64,000 nt of DNA from the human T2T-CHM13v2.0 reference genome, Homo sapiens (GCF_009914755.1 NC_060929.1); one strand, 5' to 3'. Positions 27,780-43,772 are shown, counted from the first letter of the stretch. Notes: generated from the sequence alone by a model not told the origin. Translations and numbers: made by a program.

Positions 27780-29469
27780 TTCTATTTGACTGAAGAACAT
27801 TCATATTAAATTCCTCTTCAACCTCACATCACAGATTTTATAGTATTTATAATGCAAATATTGGTTTCAGATAGTATAATTCAACTAGGATGTCAAACCT
27901 CAAGTCTTCCAATTCAAGGGACTTTAGGAACACAGTTCTATTATCTGAAGGCTTTTTTACAGGATGATTTTTGGGTTGGGGTTTGCTTTGGAGCCCAGCT
28001 CTTGCTTTCAAATTCACTGGGTGTCAAATGCTCACATTTCTTGGTTGCTTGAGTGCTTACTGATGGGGACTTTAGTACTCATGTATAATGGCGAAGATAA
28101 AATAACAGTTGTGAATATAACTAGGAGCGTTGAGATAACTGGAATAGGAGAAAGACGACGGCAGGGCAGAGTTAGGTGCCTCTGAGTACTACAGGCAAAA
28201 GTGGACTCCCTTTGCTTCCTGAGCGCTTGCTCTCGGGGGCTGGCACAGTGGGAGAACCAATCCCTACCAAGGCACAATCCCTACCCTTCAGGAATATACA
28301 CTGTTGTTTGGAAGAACACCAGTGGGCAACAGACGAATGGGAGAAAGATTCACCCATTACAAAGACCTTTCTACAGTCAGAGCTGTCTGAGTTGAATTTT
28401 ATACCTGAAGAGAGAGAAAAATCTCACTATCCCTGGAAGTACTCAAGGAGAGGCAGAAAGATCTCCAACCAGGCTATTTATTAGAGCAATTTCTCAATGA
28501 GGAAGAACCTTCTAAGTCCAGAATCTGATGTATAAGGTCACAACTTACAAATTCAATGTGATATTGGAGGAGAGAAAATACAAGATTTTATAGATTGTTC
28601 TTAGTGACAGGGCCTTGTTCCTCATCATGCACAGTATTTTGAAGTATTTTTACATGTATCTACTTTTTTCTTTATCGAGAATTCCGCAAACTGCCATGGT
28701 TAGTGACTTCCCAAAGATGTTCCTTACTCTTCCCTTGGTTTTGACTGATTCAAAAAGAATGAAACATTTATAAACATCCATCCCTGTATCTCACATTAGA
28801 AGTTAAAGCCTAAGCTATTTTATTTAGAACAAAGGATTTCAAAAATTTCACCCAGGATATTTGCTGACAGTTTTAAAATGACACAAATGGCACTGATTAC
28901 TTTCAAGCTCTTTTAGTTTCCTAATATTTCCCTTTTGAATTGAAAGATAAATTCAATGAAAATGAAATAACTACAGCACCTCAGTTTATTGACATTTTGG
29001 TATTTTATTAGTTAATTAGTCACGCCTTAAAATGTTAACTTACAAATGGAAAGGAAGAGTATCTAAAAATACAGGCCAACCTAATCCACTAAATCTAAGT
29101 ATGCTAAAGACATATTTTCCCAATATTGAAATAAACTCACTAGTTTCTCTGAAATGTTCTGGAGTACCAACTGGAAATATAAAAGCACTCTAAAAACCCA
29201 ATAGTATGCTTTTTCGGCATATGCATTTGTCACTCAAGGGTAAAATTTACTTAATTATTGTTATGTATTTCCATCTTTTTAAGACTGAGTCAATTAGGTT
29301 ACCTCCTTATGAGTGTGAGTTACCGAGTTTCAGAAACCCTGCATATTCATGACAGTAATTCTCAAATCCTTGTAAAAGAAATAAAGTTGGATTTAAGATA
29401 TTCATAACTTTCCCAAGAGAGCATTTTCTAATAAGGGAACAAGTAAGAGTTTGGATGATCTGTCATCAT

Positions 29470-29990
29470 CTTTATGTGCCTAATCTGTGCCCACCACGGT
29501 GCCAGGAATTGGAGGGGAAAAGATAACAGTGTTCCTGCCTTCCAGATGCATGAGAATCCAGCAAGCGGGCACAAAGTCTAAGATTTGACACTATCAGAAA
29601 GAGTGTTGGGAACGATTTTGTGTAAGGGAGGAAATGGAAGAAATGCCAACGGAGAGATGATGTGAGAACTAAACTGTGAAGACTGAGGGGAGTAAATAAG
29701 GGATAGGGATGTGGTTTGAGCTTGAATTGGGCATAATAAGGGAAAGAGCATTTGGGGTTGAAGGCAGACATGAGTGTGAACCCAAAGAGTAAGTTTGGGA
29801 CAGAGACAATATTCTGAAATGCCTGGAGCAAAGGAGGTGTCTTCAAGAAGGAAGAGGAGAGGACTGTAATCGGAGATGGTCCCAGTTGATAAACTGGGGA
29901 ACCCAAATGTCAATATTTGGCATTTATTCTGAAAAGACTTGGGTGCCTTTGGAGGTTTCTGGGTACTAGGCTGTCCTGCTTATAGAAGGC
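29470..29990 (-). mobile_element. L2 relic
   Basis: Purine-rich antisense L2 3' region ('tgtggtttgagcttgaa', 'tttggcatttattctgaaaag'). Confidence 0.5.
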
Positions 29991-30389
29991 AGTGAGAAGA
30001 ATATTCCACAAGCACCCTCACACAAGCACTGCAAGCTCAGGGGTGGCTAGGCCTCTTCTGAAGTACGAGGTCTGGCGGAGGGGCAGTTCCCTGCAGGGTC
30101 AGTATAGGCTGTTATGTGTTATCTTAACTCAGCATTCTCAGGGTATGTGTGACAACATGGGAGAAGAACCTGATGATCTAACCTAAACTGATGCTGATGA
30201 GAGTCTTCGTTGGGAAGAAATATTAAGAGGATCTCAGATGTACACAAAATGGCCAGCTGTGTATTGTGGACTGGATATAGAAAACTAGGCGAAGAGGATC
30301 GTCATCTTCAAAGGACTTTCAATAAGGTAAAGGGATACCAATTACAAAAATACAACCACAAATGCAGATTCAATTATATATTTCCATTT

Positions 30390-30510
30390 CTTTTGTTCAT
30401 TCATTCAATCAACAAATACATATGTATTCATGTCCACAATGTACCAGGCCTTCTTTTAAATGCTGAGGATTCAATGTCAACAATACAAGCAGGCACAGTC
30501 GTGATTATAG
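30390..30510 (-). mobile_element. L2 3' end
   Basis: 'ttcattcattcaatcaacaaatac...aatgtaccaggc...tgctgaggat'. Confidence 0.65.
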
Positions 30511-31670
30511 AATCAACGTGGGTGAAAAGGATGGGCTGTCTGGGAAGCAGTTGTTAGGGAGCTTCCAAATTCTAATATATGAACTACACGTGGTGTTGAG
30601 AAAAGCAGATGGTCCCATATTAAAAATCTGTACCTAATTTCAGAGTCACACTTGATAAAGGGTCTGAGTTTTTAAAGGTGATTAAGTTGACTGCCATCTT
30701 TGGCATTAGATTTAAAGAATGTAAGAAGCAGCAAATGACTAAGAATGAACATGATTATTAATCTTCATGATCTACAGTTTATGAAAGGAGGCTATTTGGA
30801 TGTGGACAAGATTAACACGTTCTCTGAATTATCAACAATGTCCTAATTACTTAGGCCAGTTGAGATTAGATAATTTAATCGGTATCTAGAAAAACATGAT
30901 TTAATCCCTTCCGAAAGACATGCTTCGATTTTAACTTTATTAGCAATAGCAGGACAGTCCTACCTAAGGGACTTACTTCTTTTATGGAAAGTCTAAACTA
31001 CATGGCATTCTCCCCTTCATTATTTATCCCTTTCGCCAGGGCAAGTCAACATAGCGATTAAAAAGTGGCTACTTTAAGTTACATATGTTCAATGTCTTAA
31101 AGTACCTTTGAGTTAAATATCCAAATGTTAGTTTTGAGATGTAAACTACACTAGTACCACCGATGTGTACCTAAAACAAGCAGCAGACACGCATTCTCCG
31201 ACATATCAAATTTACCTGGCAGAGAGGGCAGGAAGCTCAGTAACCTCTCATTTCCTGAAAAGGCCAAAACCATAATCCAATGCATGGATGCATGGGTTTC
31301 TCAGGCCTCTCCAACCAACACCACGTTTTCACATCTTTTAATGTGAAAGTCAAGCCTTGTCACTGTTCACTGTTCAGCATGCTTGAATTGTCATCAAATT
31401 AATTCCTTAGGGGTAGACCTAGACAGCAGAGGGGATGCCTTGGTCAGGGAGAGGAGATCCCTGTAGACAGTAGTGGCTGCAGAGGGTGGATCTTCGGTCC
31501 ACTATTTGGCCAGAAATTCTGGGATACCCTCGTTAGTCATAAAGAGGAAGTCACTTTTTCCCTTTCACTCCTTTAGTTTTCTGTTAATGGAAGAAGATGT
31601 GATAAATAAATGTGAATAGTTTCTTATTAATAGTTGGAGTTATAGTCGGAGTTATAGTCCAAACCACGAC

Positions 31671-32146
<476 letters not shown>

Positions 32147-33484
32147 TAGTTATGCAGGTACAACTTGCAGAAGCCAGGACAGTTCTGAGAAAATCAGACA
32201 TAGGTCCCCTCCCTGTAATTAACACACTTCTAACCCAGAAGATCTCATTCTTAATATTCTAATAAAAATATTCAGATGATAAAATTTGTCCAACTAACAT
32301 ATTCCTTTTCATCTCCACCTATTCTCTCATTAACTTTAATGTATACTAAACAGTGTCTAGCTGATGTGTGAACTCGCTCATGGCATCAAAATTCTCTGTG
32401 ATCCATGTTTCACCTTATCTTAAACTCAAAAATAAATTATGATGCTTTAATTCTCCTCAAGTTCAACGTGGACTTTCCTAGTCAACTGGCTGTAGAGGGC
32501 TTTAATTGTGATATGCTATGATCCTGGTGTGTGAGTTTTAGAAAACTATTTTAATAAGACAGGCAATTTACCTTGAGAATATTGGAATTCTTCTGAAAAA
32601 CTCCAGGCAAATAAAATGTATCTCCAAATTCTTAGGTATGATTATTGGGTAAGAATAGATTGACTATAAAGAATCCCCAAATGAGAAATACTGGGAAATA
32701 GTAGCCTTGTATTCAGAAATTGAGAAGACTAAAGTGTATTTTGATTTCCTACTACTATTTGAAAATTCTCATAATACCAGCATTATAAAATATATGTATC
32801 AGTGTTCATTGCTAGAATAATGCTAGAGGGCCAACATATATATTTGTACATAGTTATGACAAGGTAGTTTTATGTTGGAAAAATCTAATGTATGAAGAAA
32901 TATGCTCCTTCCCCAAATTAAAATTTAACTTTCAGATGGCATGGATAGAGTTATCGCTGAAGCTCTATTATCCATAAAATTGTCAAACTATACTTTTGCT
33001 TTTATATGCTGAGTTTACACATAATTTGAATATAATCATGCAGAAGGAGCATACTTATTTGTTGATGTCTTAGTATCTTTCACAAAGAGATATAAACTAT
33101 ATAGAGGATATTCATAGTTGCAGAAAGACAGAGTTTTGGATTTAGAAGAATCTACTTTTGTTATCTAAAGAGCTGAAAACATAATGTATTATCATTACAT
33201 TGATTTTTTTTAAAGAATGATAGTTTTGATGTTAGGCAACATTTAAAAATTATATGGGGATCATATTTGGTAATTACTTTTTGTTACTGAAATGTGTGTC
33301 ACAGCATTAGTACCAAATACACTCATGATATTTTAGAATTTTTCTTACAACTCTCTACAATTTTGCAATGTATAATTTCACTTGCCCCGAACAGAGTTGA
33401 TATAAAAACTGCTCATCAGGCCATTTTATTATTGAGCTTATGTTTATAATTTTTAAAAGAAGAAAAGTGTTCAATTCTCCAATG

Positions 33485-33820
<336 letters not shown>

Positions 33821-34895
33821 TATCCAATATAGGATTAATACCCTGTCTCACTGAACTTGGAAGCTCCTGGGCAGTTTCTCAGCTCATTACCCTGTCTGGA
33901 GGGAAGTGCATCCATCATACTGTCTTCTCCTTAATCATCAGTTATGTGACTATTAACAAGATATTTTCGCCAATATGTGCTTCCATTAGCATAAACCCGT
34001 GCCTTAATTAACTTACGCTTTTTTCCATCTGTAACTATCTGACATAAAAATTACAGTAGCAAACAGGCCTGTGTGGCTTTTCTAATTTTTTCCAAACTTG
34101 TCAGAAATGACATTCTTTGATGCGCCTTTAAATCCAGTTTCTTTTTATTACTTCCTAACACTTTTTAAAAAAAGAACGAAATACATATTTATAGAAAAAA
34201 TTTAGAAATTCCGTAGTTTAAAAAATTCACATCACTTATAATTCTGTGAGTCAGAGATAATCCCTGTGGGCATTTCATTGTATTTTATTCCACTATTATC
34301 TGTTAACATATATTTATTTTGCATCTTATTATTTTATAAAAATAAAAGCTTACTACTTTTCTTACTAGCCACTGGCTTTTTTCTCTAACTCAGTTTTCAA
34401 TAAAATAGTACATAGATACAGATATAGATATATTTTTAGTAGATTAAATTAGAATCCCTTGTGAATACACCAAAGTTATCTAATTAGTTTGTTGCAGATT
34501 TTGCTTAGTGGTTCAGTATTATGAAAATACAACTAACACTGACAGAACAAGTAAGCATATAAAATTAACTGTGTTAATGTTGATTTGAAACATTTTATAC
34601 AATCACTACAAAGCATTCATTTACTCTTGGTAAAAGAAAGGAGAGTTAGTTTGAAGCAACTTTTTCTTTATTCTGAGTACTGAAAAAGTAGTTTTGGGAA
34701 ATAGGATTAGCTTTACTGAAGGCTTTCGCAGTGCTCCAAGGGTGAATAGAGGGTGCAAATCAGACACATTGGATTCTGCTTTGAATCCAAGTTCCTACTG
34801 AAGTGTAAGGAAAGAGACTTTACTCAGCATGATCTTGAGGGCACAGTGGGACAGCCAACCACTGTTGATATAAAATTCCATTTTATGAGATTGCA

Positions 34896-35105
34896 ATCAT
34901 TATATATATAATTATATATGTATATAATTTTATATAATATATAATGATTATATTATAATTTTATATAATATAATGATTATATTATAATTATTATAAATAT
35001 TATATATATTTATTATATATTAGTGAAAAGCACTAAAATTAATAAGATATAATAAATACATATAATAATTATATATAAAATAAATATATATAATATATAT
35101 TACAT
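34896..35105. repeat. AT-rich low-complexity tract
   Basis: Almost entirely A/T, with internal direct and inverted repeats. Confidence 0.9.
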
Positions 35106-35290
35106 ACACCATGAAGAATATATTTAAAGAGTATATTGGTTTCTATTGGCATTTTACTACAATGAGTACACCTCAACCAAACCCACTGATATGACCCAAT
35201 GAAAAGGCATCAGTTCTATGAAACTGGTATACAACACAGGTCACTTTTGTTTATTACAACAAATTCAGACTTTGATTTTGACTTTAAATA

Positions 35291-35610
35291 TGTTTGTGTG
35301 GTGTGTGGTGTGTGTGTGTGTGGTGTGTATGTGTGTGTGGTGTGTATGTGTGTGTGATGTGTGTGTGTGTGTGCTGTGTGTGGTGTGTGTGTGGTATGTG
35401 TGCATGTGTGTGGTGTGTGTGCATGTGTGTGGTGTGTGTGCATGTGTGTGTGGTGTGTGTGGGGAGTGTGTGGGGGGGTGTGTGGGGGGGTGTGGCATGA
35501 GTGGGGGGTGTGTGGTGTGTGTGTGGGGGGGGTGTGTGGTGTGTGTGTGTGGGGTGTGTGGTGTGTGTATGTCTGTGCGGTGTGTGTGTGTGCATACATA
35601 TATATGTGCA
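35291..35610. repeat. Complex (TG)n/(TGTGG)n repeat with G-runs
   Basis: About 320 bp of TG, GTGTG and GGGG units. Confidence 0.95.
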
Positions 35611-36588
35611 TATGTCTTCACACAAGCATGTGCAGATAGATACAGGCTAAGTTCTCTAGTTAAAAATTCTTTCAAAATGTTATCTTTACTTTCTTCTCTA
35701 TTTTGATGTTCTTACTCTCTTAATGTTTACATTCCCTTAAGGTATGTATGGTTACCCTAAGAAGAAATAAACCAAATGTGACATTTACCAGCACTCTAAA
35801 TAATGAAACAACAACAAACTACTCTGATATAGAAGAAATATTTTTTTCACTTGGAAATCACATGAAATCAGGTCCAAATTCAATCTCTGCTATCTCTCAA
35901 AAGTGTGAACTTGAGTAAGATTTTAAAACACTCAGTGAGTTTCAGGTTTTTTCTGCAAGATGGCATTATAATATCAAACTTATTGGGTGGCATAAAAAAA
36001 CTAAGCATTGGATAATAGTAGTTTCCTTCCACTTAATCCTTTTATTTCTTACTGACACCAACTGTTATTTGGCTGCTTAACAACGGCACAATTTTCTTTG
36101 TACATATGGATGAATCAAGTCATTAATTACTCTCCATCAGCAGTGCAGAATGTTGGCTTTGTTTAATTTCGTTCAGAAACAGTCACTGGGAAGAAGCTAA
36201 GTGGGCTACCTCGGCATTGACTTAATGCCAAAATTCAGGAGCATTAAGACACTTAGAAGTAAGTAACAGATAACTCAACTGACTGAATGCACTGTGGAAG
36301 TGATACAGGTACTAAATAAATTAATTACTGGGCTGCTGGAGAACTGGTGTCATCGGATCATTGTTGGAATTGATGTAGAGAATACACAAAGCATTTTCTC
36401 TTCTTCAGATGTTCATACTCCAAAAAGTGCTAACAAAAACATGAATTAGCTCCACAATTGCAGGCTTCAATGAGCCACGAAAAAACAAATGTGTAACCTC
36501 ACATAGAGAAAGAAATTCTCTAAAAATCTGGTCATTCAAATGCTCAACAAGTATAAATTCACTAGCTCTTAGGCACTGGTGGCTGTTA

Positions 36589-36856
<268 letters not shown>

Positions 36857-37117
36857 TCAATGTATTTGAAGCATAGTAAAGACAAATAATTGACCAGTTC
36901 TGGGCACTTGCTGGCCCCTGGGACCTGTGGACAGGAAAGTGTCGATAAAGCCTTGAGCTGTGCTGAGGTCCTGTGGCCAGCACTGGCACCCAGGGCCTGG
37001 ATTGGGGTATGTGATCAGGGCAGCGTAGCCATGAGGGGATCAGCTGAGGGCAGAGGTGGCCCATTCAGGCCCGAGTGAGTGTGAGGGGCTTGCTTGTCCT
37101 GAAAGCCAAGAGGAAAC

Positions 37118-37561
37118 TGCCTCAGTTTCCTACGGCTGCAGTACCAAAGTAACATAAACTGGGTGCTTCATAACAGCAGAAATATAATGTTCTCGGCATT
37201 CTGGAGGCTTGAAGTCTGAAGTGAGGATGCTGGCAGGACCATGCTCTTTCTGAGCACTCCACAGGAGGATCTTTCCTTTTCCCTGCTGGCTTCTGCTGGT
37301 TGCCAGTAATCCTCAGCACTCTGGCTTACAGATGCATCACTTCAATTTCTACCTCCTGTCATTACCTGGTGTTCTCCTCTGTGTGTCCAGGTGTCCAGAC
37401 CTCCATCTTCTTATAAGGATATTAGTCATATTGGGTTAGGGATATCTCATCCTAACTTGATTACATCTGCAAAGCCTCTATTTCCAATTAAGGTCACGCA
37501 CGGTTTCCCGAGATTAGGACTTCAACATGTCGTTCTAGGGGACACAATTTGGCCCATAACT
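37118..37561 (-). mobile_element. MLT1B/C MaLR solo LTR
   Basis: 'agtttcctacggctgc...ttctggaggcttgaagtctgaa...cttcttataagga...ttacatctgcaaag...ggggacacaatt'. Confidence 0.9.
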
Positions 37562-38087
37562 GGAACTAAACGGTGGGTTGAGTGTCCCCTTCTCCTGCAA
37601 CTGTGAGAGTATCGGGAGTCTCCAAAGCAAAGCGGCTCATGCCAGGTGCCTCCAGAGGGACTGGAGGCCTGGCTTTGCCACCAGCTCTGCGTGCTTCTCC
37701 TCACCCATGCCTGGGATTTCCACCTTGGAAATATCCAAAAATAAGACTGCATCCCAGTGAACCAGCAGAAAAAACGTACCCTAATAAAAGCCCACTTACG
37801 GAGGCTTTCAGCCACAGGGAGGAAATTTTGACAGAACAATCATATAGCGGGGCTGGTGAGGTGAAACTGCTGGAAGTCAGTAGTGAGTATTCTACATCAC
37901 ATGTGGAGTTTCATTAAGCAGTAAGTTCTATAAATAATATGGAAACCAATTTTCTAAAGTAAAATGTCAGTTTGAAATGCAGTCATTCTCAACAATTAAA
38001 CGTAAATGTAACACAGTATTTAAATAGATATTTGGACACAGACAACATGTATCAGATACCAAAATAAGGGGTAAACCTAGATACAAA

Positions 38088-38393
38088 TTTTTTGTTTGTT
38101 TTTTGTTTTGAGATGGGACTCTCACTCTGTCACCCAGGGTGGAGTGCAGTGGCGCGATCTTGGCTCACTGCAGCCTTCGCCTCCAGGGTTCAAGAGATTC
38201 TCATGCTTCAGCCCCCTGAATAGTTGGGACCACAGGTGTGCACCACCAAACACAACTAATTTTTGTATTTTTTAGTAGAGATGGGGTTTCACCATATTGG
38301 TCAGGCTGATCTCAAACTCCTGACCTCAAGTGATCCACCTGCCTTGGCCTCCCAAAGTGCTGGGATTACAGGCGTGAGTCACCGTGCCCAGTA
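38088..38393 (-). mobile_element. AluSx-like
   Basis: Full antisense Alu; TSD ctagatacaaatttt / ctagatgcaaaatttt. Confidence 0.96.
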
Positions 38394-39221
38394 CTAGATG
38401 CAAAATTTTAATGAAATCGGTAGCTTGACTTACAGTAGTCATTAGTGATGCTAGCAATGACTCCAGTTCTTCTCCTCGGTTCATGGGAGGGTCGGGATCT
38501 CCTACTCCAGTAGCGTGAAGAGTGGTCAGGTGACATTCTCTGAGCAATGGCATGTGGGTAGGGCTGTTGTACATCACAGGATGCTCTAAGAGCCAGCCTA
38601 TGATTTGCTATGCTCACAATTCCTCTGGGAGATGCCTTCACATGTCTTCAAGAGTGTGGAGACTATTTGAGGTGACAAAGGGGTCTCAGATTCTGACTTG
38701 GAGCTGTAAAAACTAAAGGTTGCAAAAGATAGGTTGCCTGCATGCTGCCTGAGGGCCTGAAGGAGAAGTGTCTGTGCTGGGTTCAGTCTGTACCCCACAT
38801 CTGTGGGGAAAGGAATGTGAATTTCTGGAGATCAAGAGAGTGATTCAGGGGTAAGATGCACCTGGGCCGGCCCCTGCAGAGAGAAGATGAGTTACAGAAG
38901 GAGCAAGTGGCAGGCTAGGAGACAGCATGCCACTTGAGCAAGGGGGCCGTGGATAAAAGTTTCTCAAAGATGTTGGTCACAGCACTAGGAGCAGGGGAGT
39001 GTTGGTGTTGGGCGCCCAGCTTACAGTAGTGCCAACTGTTCTGGAACTTTACTGCTCCTCTCAACTCTCTGGTGTCTCTTCTTCCCTATCCCCCCACCTC
39101 AGTCCTCAATGGCTCTAACATACACACACACACACATACATATCTCTGGAGGGTTCTTTAACCCCCTTCCCGGGTAACAACAACAACAACAAAAGTCCCT
39201 TCTATAAGACACCTTATCTGT

Positions 39222-39500
<279 letters not shown>

Positions 39501-40800
39501 TTATCTGGAGGGAGTGTAAATAGCTGTAACTTTGAATGAAATCAGAAGCTTTGACTATGATAAGGGAATAGGAATGATAAGTATCAAATTGAGACAATGC
39601 TTTAAAAATTAAAGTAACTATTTATTTATTACCCAAATATTCAAAATAGTGAACAATCTATGTGGCATAGGCACCAATCAACAATAGACACCAGCAATGT
39701 CAGAGATGGCCCTGGAGGCCACCTGCTGTGCCTTTTAGTTGCTGAAACTTAAGAGAGTTGGGAGACTCAGAGCATAAGGGAGAATCTGGATGGCCTGTCC
39801 CTGAGGGCGGATGGGGGCTGTGTACACAAGGCACGTGGCTACTGTCCACCCAGACAGAAGTGCATTGCTATTTCAACAACTCAAGTGGTTGTTACAGCCT
39901 GAGTAGCAGGGGCCAAGGAAGGAGTTTCTCCCACTGAATACATTTCAAAGAATAGTGGGAACTGAAGAAAATTGCTTTGTGATCACATCCCATGAATCTT
40001 GACTGCTTGATGTACTAGTTGTGTATATTAACAATGTAAGCTGCTTAGAGAGGGTTTGATATGCATTCATATAACATACTCAATTTTCCTGAGAATGAAG
40101 TTATAGAAACTCGGAGTTGAAACTGGCCCCTAAATCAAGCCTTGGGCAAGTGTTCTGCGAAGGGAGAGGGAGAATCTTCCGAGTGGAGGAAATGAAGGTG
40201 AAGGATGAGTGGGTGTGCAGATTCACACATTTGTGGTTTTTCCCCAACTGCACACATCTGAGGATTAGCTGTGCTGTTCAATTGTTACTGCTGATACTGG
40301 TTATACCAAACGATTTACACAAAACTAATGAGAATGTGTAACTTTGGTAATGATATGAGATGTACAATATTAGGTTGGAATACTGAGGTTATGAATTTAT
40401 GTGCTGAATTTGTTATATAATTACTTTAAATTGTTTAAAAATTTAGTTTAAATTACTTTAAAAAATTCAGTAGCCAAAAAGAAAAAAAATTTCAGTAGCC
40501 AATAAATGTGCTACATCCATCCTTACCCACAAGCCAAGAAAAAAACGACAGAGTATTATCATGATATTTCAAGTCTTTCGGGGAGGTTATATTTCATTGT
40601 TTTATTAATGTTTTATTGTCTGTCTGTGTGTGTGTGTGTTTGCTGTTGTCGTTTTCAAATAAAATAATTTTGTTATGGTCCAAGGGCTACTATACCAATA
40701 CAAGCAAAAGATCTCATTTTGGTTTTCACAGTTTTAATTACTTATATTAAGGTATTGAAAATGTTTGTGTTTACATTATTCTCTTGCCTGAAACATATAT

Positions 40801-41122
40801 ATTTTTTGAACAGGATCTCACTCTGTTGCCCAGGGTGGAGTGCAATGGTGTGATCTCAGCTCACTGCAACCTCTGACTCCTGGGATCAAGTGATCCTTCC
40901 ACCTCAGCCTCCCAAAAAGCTGGAACTATAGGCGTGCACCACCAGGCCTGGCTTTTTGTGGTTTTTTTTGCTTGTTTGCTAGTTTGTTTGTTTGTTTGTT
41001 TTTGTAGAGATGGGGTTTCACTATGTTGTCCAGGCTCGTCTTGAATTCTGGGGCTCAAGTGATCCTCCCACCTCAGTCTCCCAAAGTGCTGGGATTATAG
41101 GTGTGAGCCACTACACCTGGCC
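40801..41122 (-). mobile_element. AluJ
   Basis: Antisense Alu with a (TTTG)n middle region. Confidence 0.94.
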
Positions 41123-41696
41123 TCAGAATTTTTTTTTTTTTTAATCCTGGAGCTTGGGCTCAGTTGTGAATAAACTCTAAGAATGAATAAACATAAAAGA
41201 AACACAATTGTCTAGGTATCTAAAATTTTCATTTGCTGTGAATTTCAATCAAAACACAATTTATTTTTCTTGCTAATTATGAGGTCATATAAATAAATGT
41301 TTTTCATTGTTGTCTAAAAATATCATTCCTTTATTTCAAGGTTATTTACAGATATAAATGTCTATAAGAGAAACCTACGCTTTTGTCTCACTAGCATTTC
41401 ATTGTCCCTGTATTTGAAAGCAAATTAATTGATCAACTGTTTCAAATGAATAGTGAATTCATGGTAGAATTCAACATCGTTAGGCTTTGACAATAAGCAC
41501 ATGTGGCTGCATTATCCTAGCCAAAAACCACATTGTTATTGGCTGCTCTGCTGTCCAACAAGATTTGGATCAGTCTTTCATCAAGACGCTAGTTGTCTCC
41601 TACCTAACATGAACGCTTAGCAGGTGGTCCTATAAACACTGGCAGCCATCTGAGGATCACAGGGGTGGAGGCAGGGGTTGCATATCATGGAATAAT

Positions 41697-41713
41697 GACA
41701 GCAGGGGGCACAC
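41697..41713 (+). promoter_or_regulatory. Candidate CTCF motif
   Basis: acagcagggggcac versus the core CCAGCAGGGGGCGC; motif match only. Confidence 0.35.
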
Positions 41714-41829
41714 TCAAAAAGCCCCCCATCCATGTTGTCCCCTCAAAAGAAGTAAGATAAATTAATTACTTGTATTCATTTCTCTGTTACTTGAAGATGA
41801 AAGAATCCTGATTTCTTTTTTAGATGTCC

Positions 41830-42000
41830 CTTATTTCTATATGAAATTTTATAATTTATTGCTCAGTTACCTATAATCTGTCTCCTTAACTAGAATGTAA
41901 TCTCATTCAGAGTGAAGATAGTTTCTATCTCGTTGACTGCTGTACTCACAGTATCTACTGCCGTGGCTGGCACACAGACATTCAGTAAATGTTGACTGTT
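41830..42000 (+). mobile_element. L2 3' end
   Basis: 'ctagaatgtaatctc...ctgctgtactcacagtatcta...ctggcacacag...cagtaaatgttg'. Confidence 0.7.
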
Positions 42001-42737
42001 CATAAGAAAGCTTTCCCTGGATCTTCTAGATAAAATGTCAGTCCAAGGAATTCATCATCTGTACAGTTGCTAGACACTGTGATCTGTTACAGTTTCATTC
42101 CAAGAAGTTCTGAAAAAGCCCCACTATTTTTTTAGAATTAGAATAAACTGAGTGCAAGAAAAGCCCTTTTCGGACTTAGCAAGGGCTGGCTTGTCTATAC
42201 TGAACTGTTCACATTCCTCACCTTTCTCAGATCTTGGCTTCAATGGCTCTCAACTTATGTATCATTCGTGTAAAATGGGTTGCTTCTGACATTTCTCTAC
42301 CATGTAGTAAATCCCACTGCTGAGATTTCCTTGGGCTGCCCCACATGAGAAACCTGGATCTGTCAAAGGTGCTATTGGTAGGTTCTATCATAAAATCTAT
42401 AGAAGCTGTTATTCCATATGTCACCATAAAAATTCCCAGGACTCGAGTGTTGAGCTGTATGTCACACCATGCAACAGAACAGTCGTGCCTTCAGTGAGGG
42501 TGCCAATGGGTAAAACTTAAGTCTCTTAAAAATGACTCACATTGATGAAGGATGTTGTATTGTCAATTATCCATGCACCCAATATCTTAGGACAGGGGAA
42601 GTGAGGCCAGCAGATCCTCAGCTTTGTCCCACTAATACTCAGTGCACAGCACGCTTCTTTGCAGGTCCTCATCTAGCTTTAAGACAAAACAGGGGTTTCT
42701 GGAAAGAGACTGATTTCAATCTTAAAAATGCGTCCCA

Positions 42738-43081
<344 letters not shown>

Positions 43082-43565
43082 TCACAGTTTTGGACAAAAA
43101 ATATGTTCAATCATTTATCAATTATAGAGTGAATTTGGTTTAGGCAACCTCTTTTGGTCTATCAAATCATAACATGCAAATGTAGAAATTTTAAAAATTA
43201 TAAATTTATATTTTATATAAAAATTAACCATATGTCACAACCAAAGGTATATATATAAAATACGAATATAAAAATTAACCAGAGACACTGTTTTTCATGT
43301 GTGTATTGTTGGTGTATGTGGTATCTGTCCCGTAACGTCTTTGTCAATAATTTTTCCCATATAATCACCTATTTAAAAAGTTATATTTAACATAAGAGTT
43401 GAAAGCTTCTAGGCATCACATTACCCCAACATTACCCTATTGTACCAGAGCTCTACCTAGAACCAAGAGCTCTAAAACCAAACCAACCACAATATAATTC
43501 TTCACCTCCAACTATGTGTGCCCAAAGACACAAATGTGCAACTGTCCTAGGAATAGTAAGTAATA

Positions 43566-43772
43566 CAGATCAAGCATCCTCATCCAAAAATCCAAAATCT
43601 GAAATGCTCTAAAATTTGAAATGATGTTCAAAGGAAATGCTCCTTGGAGCATTTTGGATTTCTGGATTTGCAATGCTCCACTGGTAAGTATAGTGTCAAT
43701 ATTCCAAAATCCAAATCTGAAATCTGAAACACTTCTGGTACCAAGCATTTCGGATAAATGATACTCAACCTG
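43566..43772 (-). mobile_element. Tigger4a (MER46A) MITE
   Basis: 'ta cagatcaagcatcc...aaatgctcc...aaacacttctggtaccaagcatttcggataaatgatactcaacctg'. Confidence 0.9.

Noticed and set aside
29472-29913. 144-aa and 111-aa ORFs
   Set aside because: Within a degraded L2; the composition reflects pyrimidine skew.
35216-35706. Several His/Thr- or Val/Cys-rich ORFs
   Set aside because: Translations of the TG microsatellite, which lacks stop codons.
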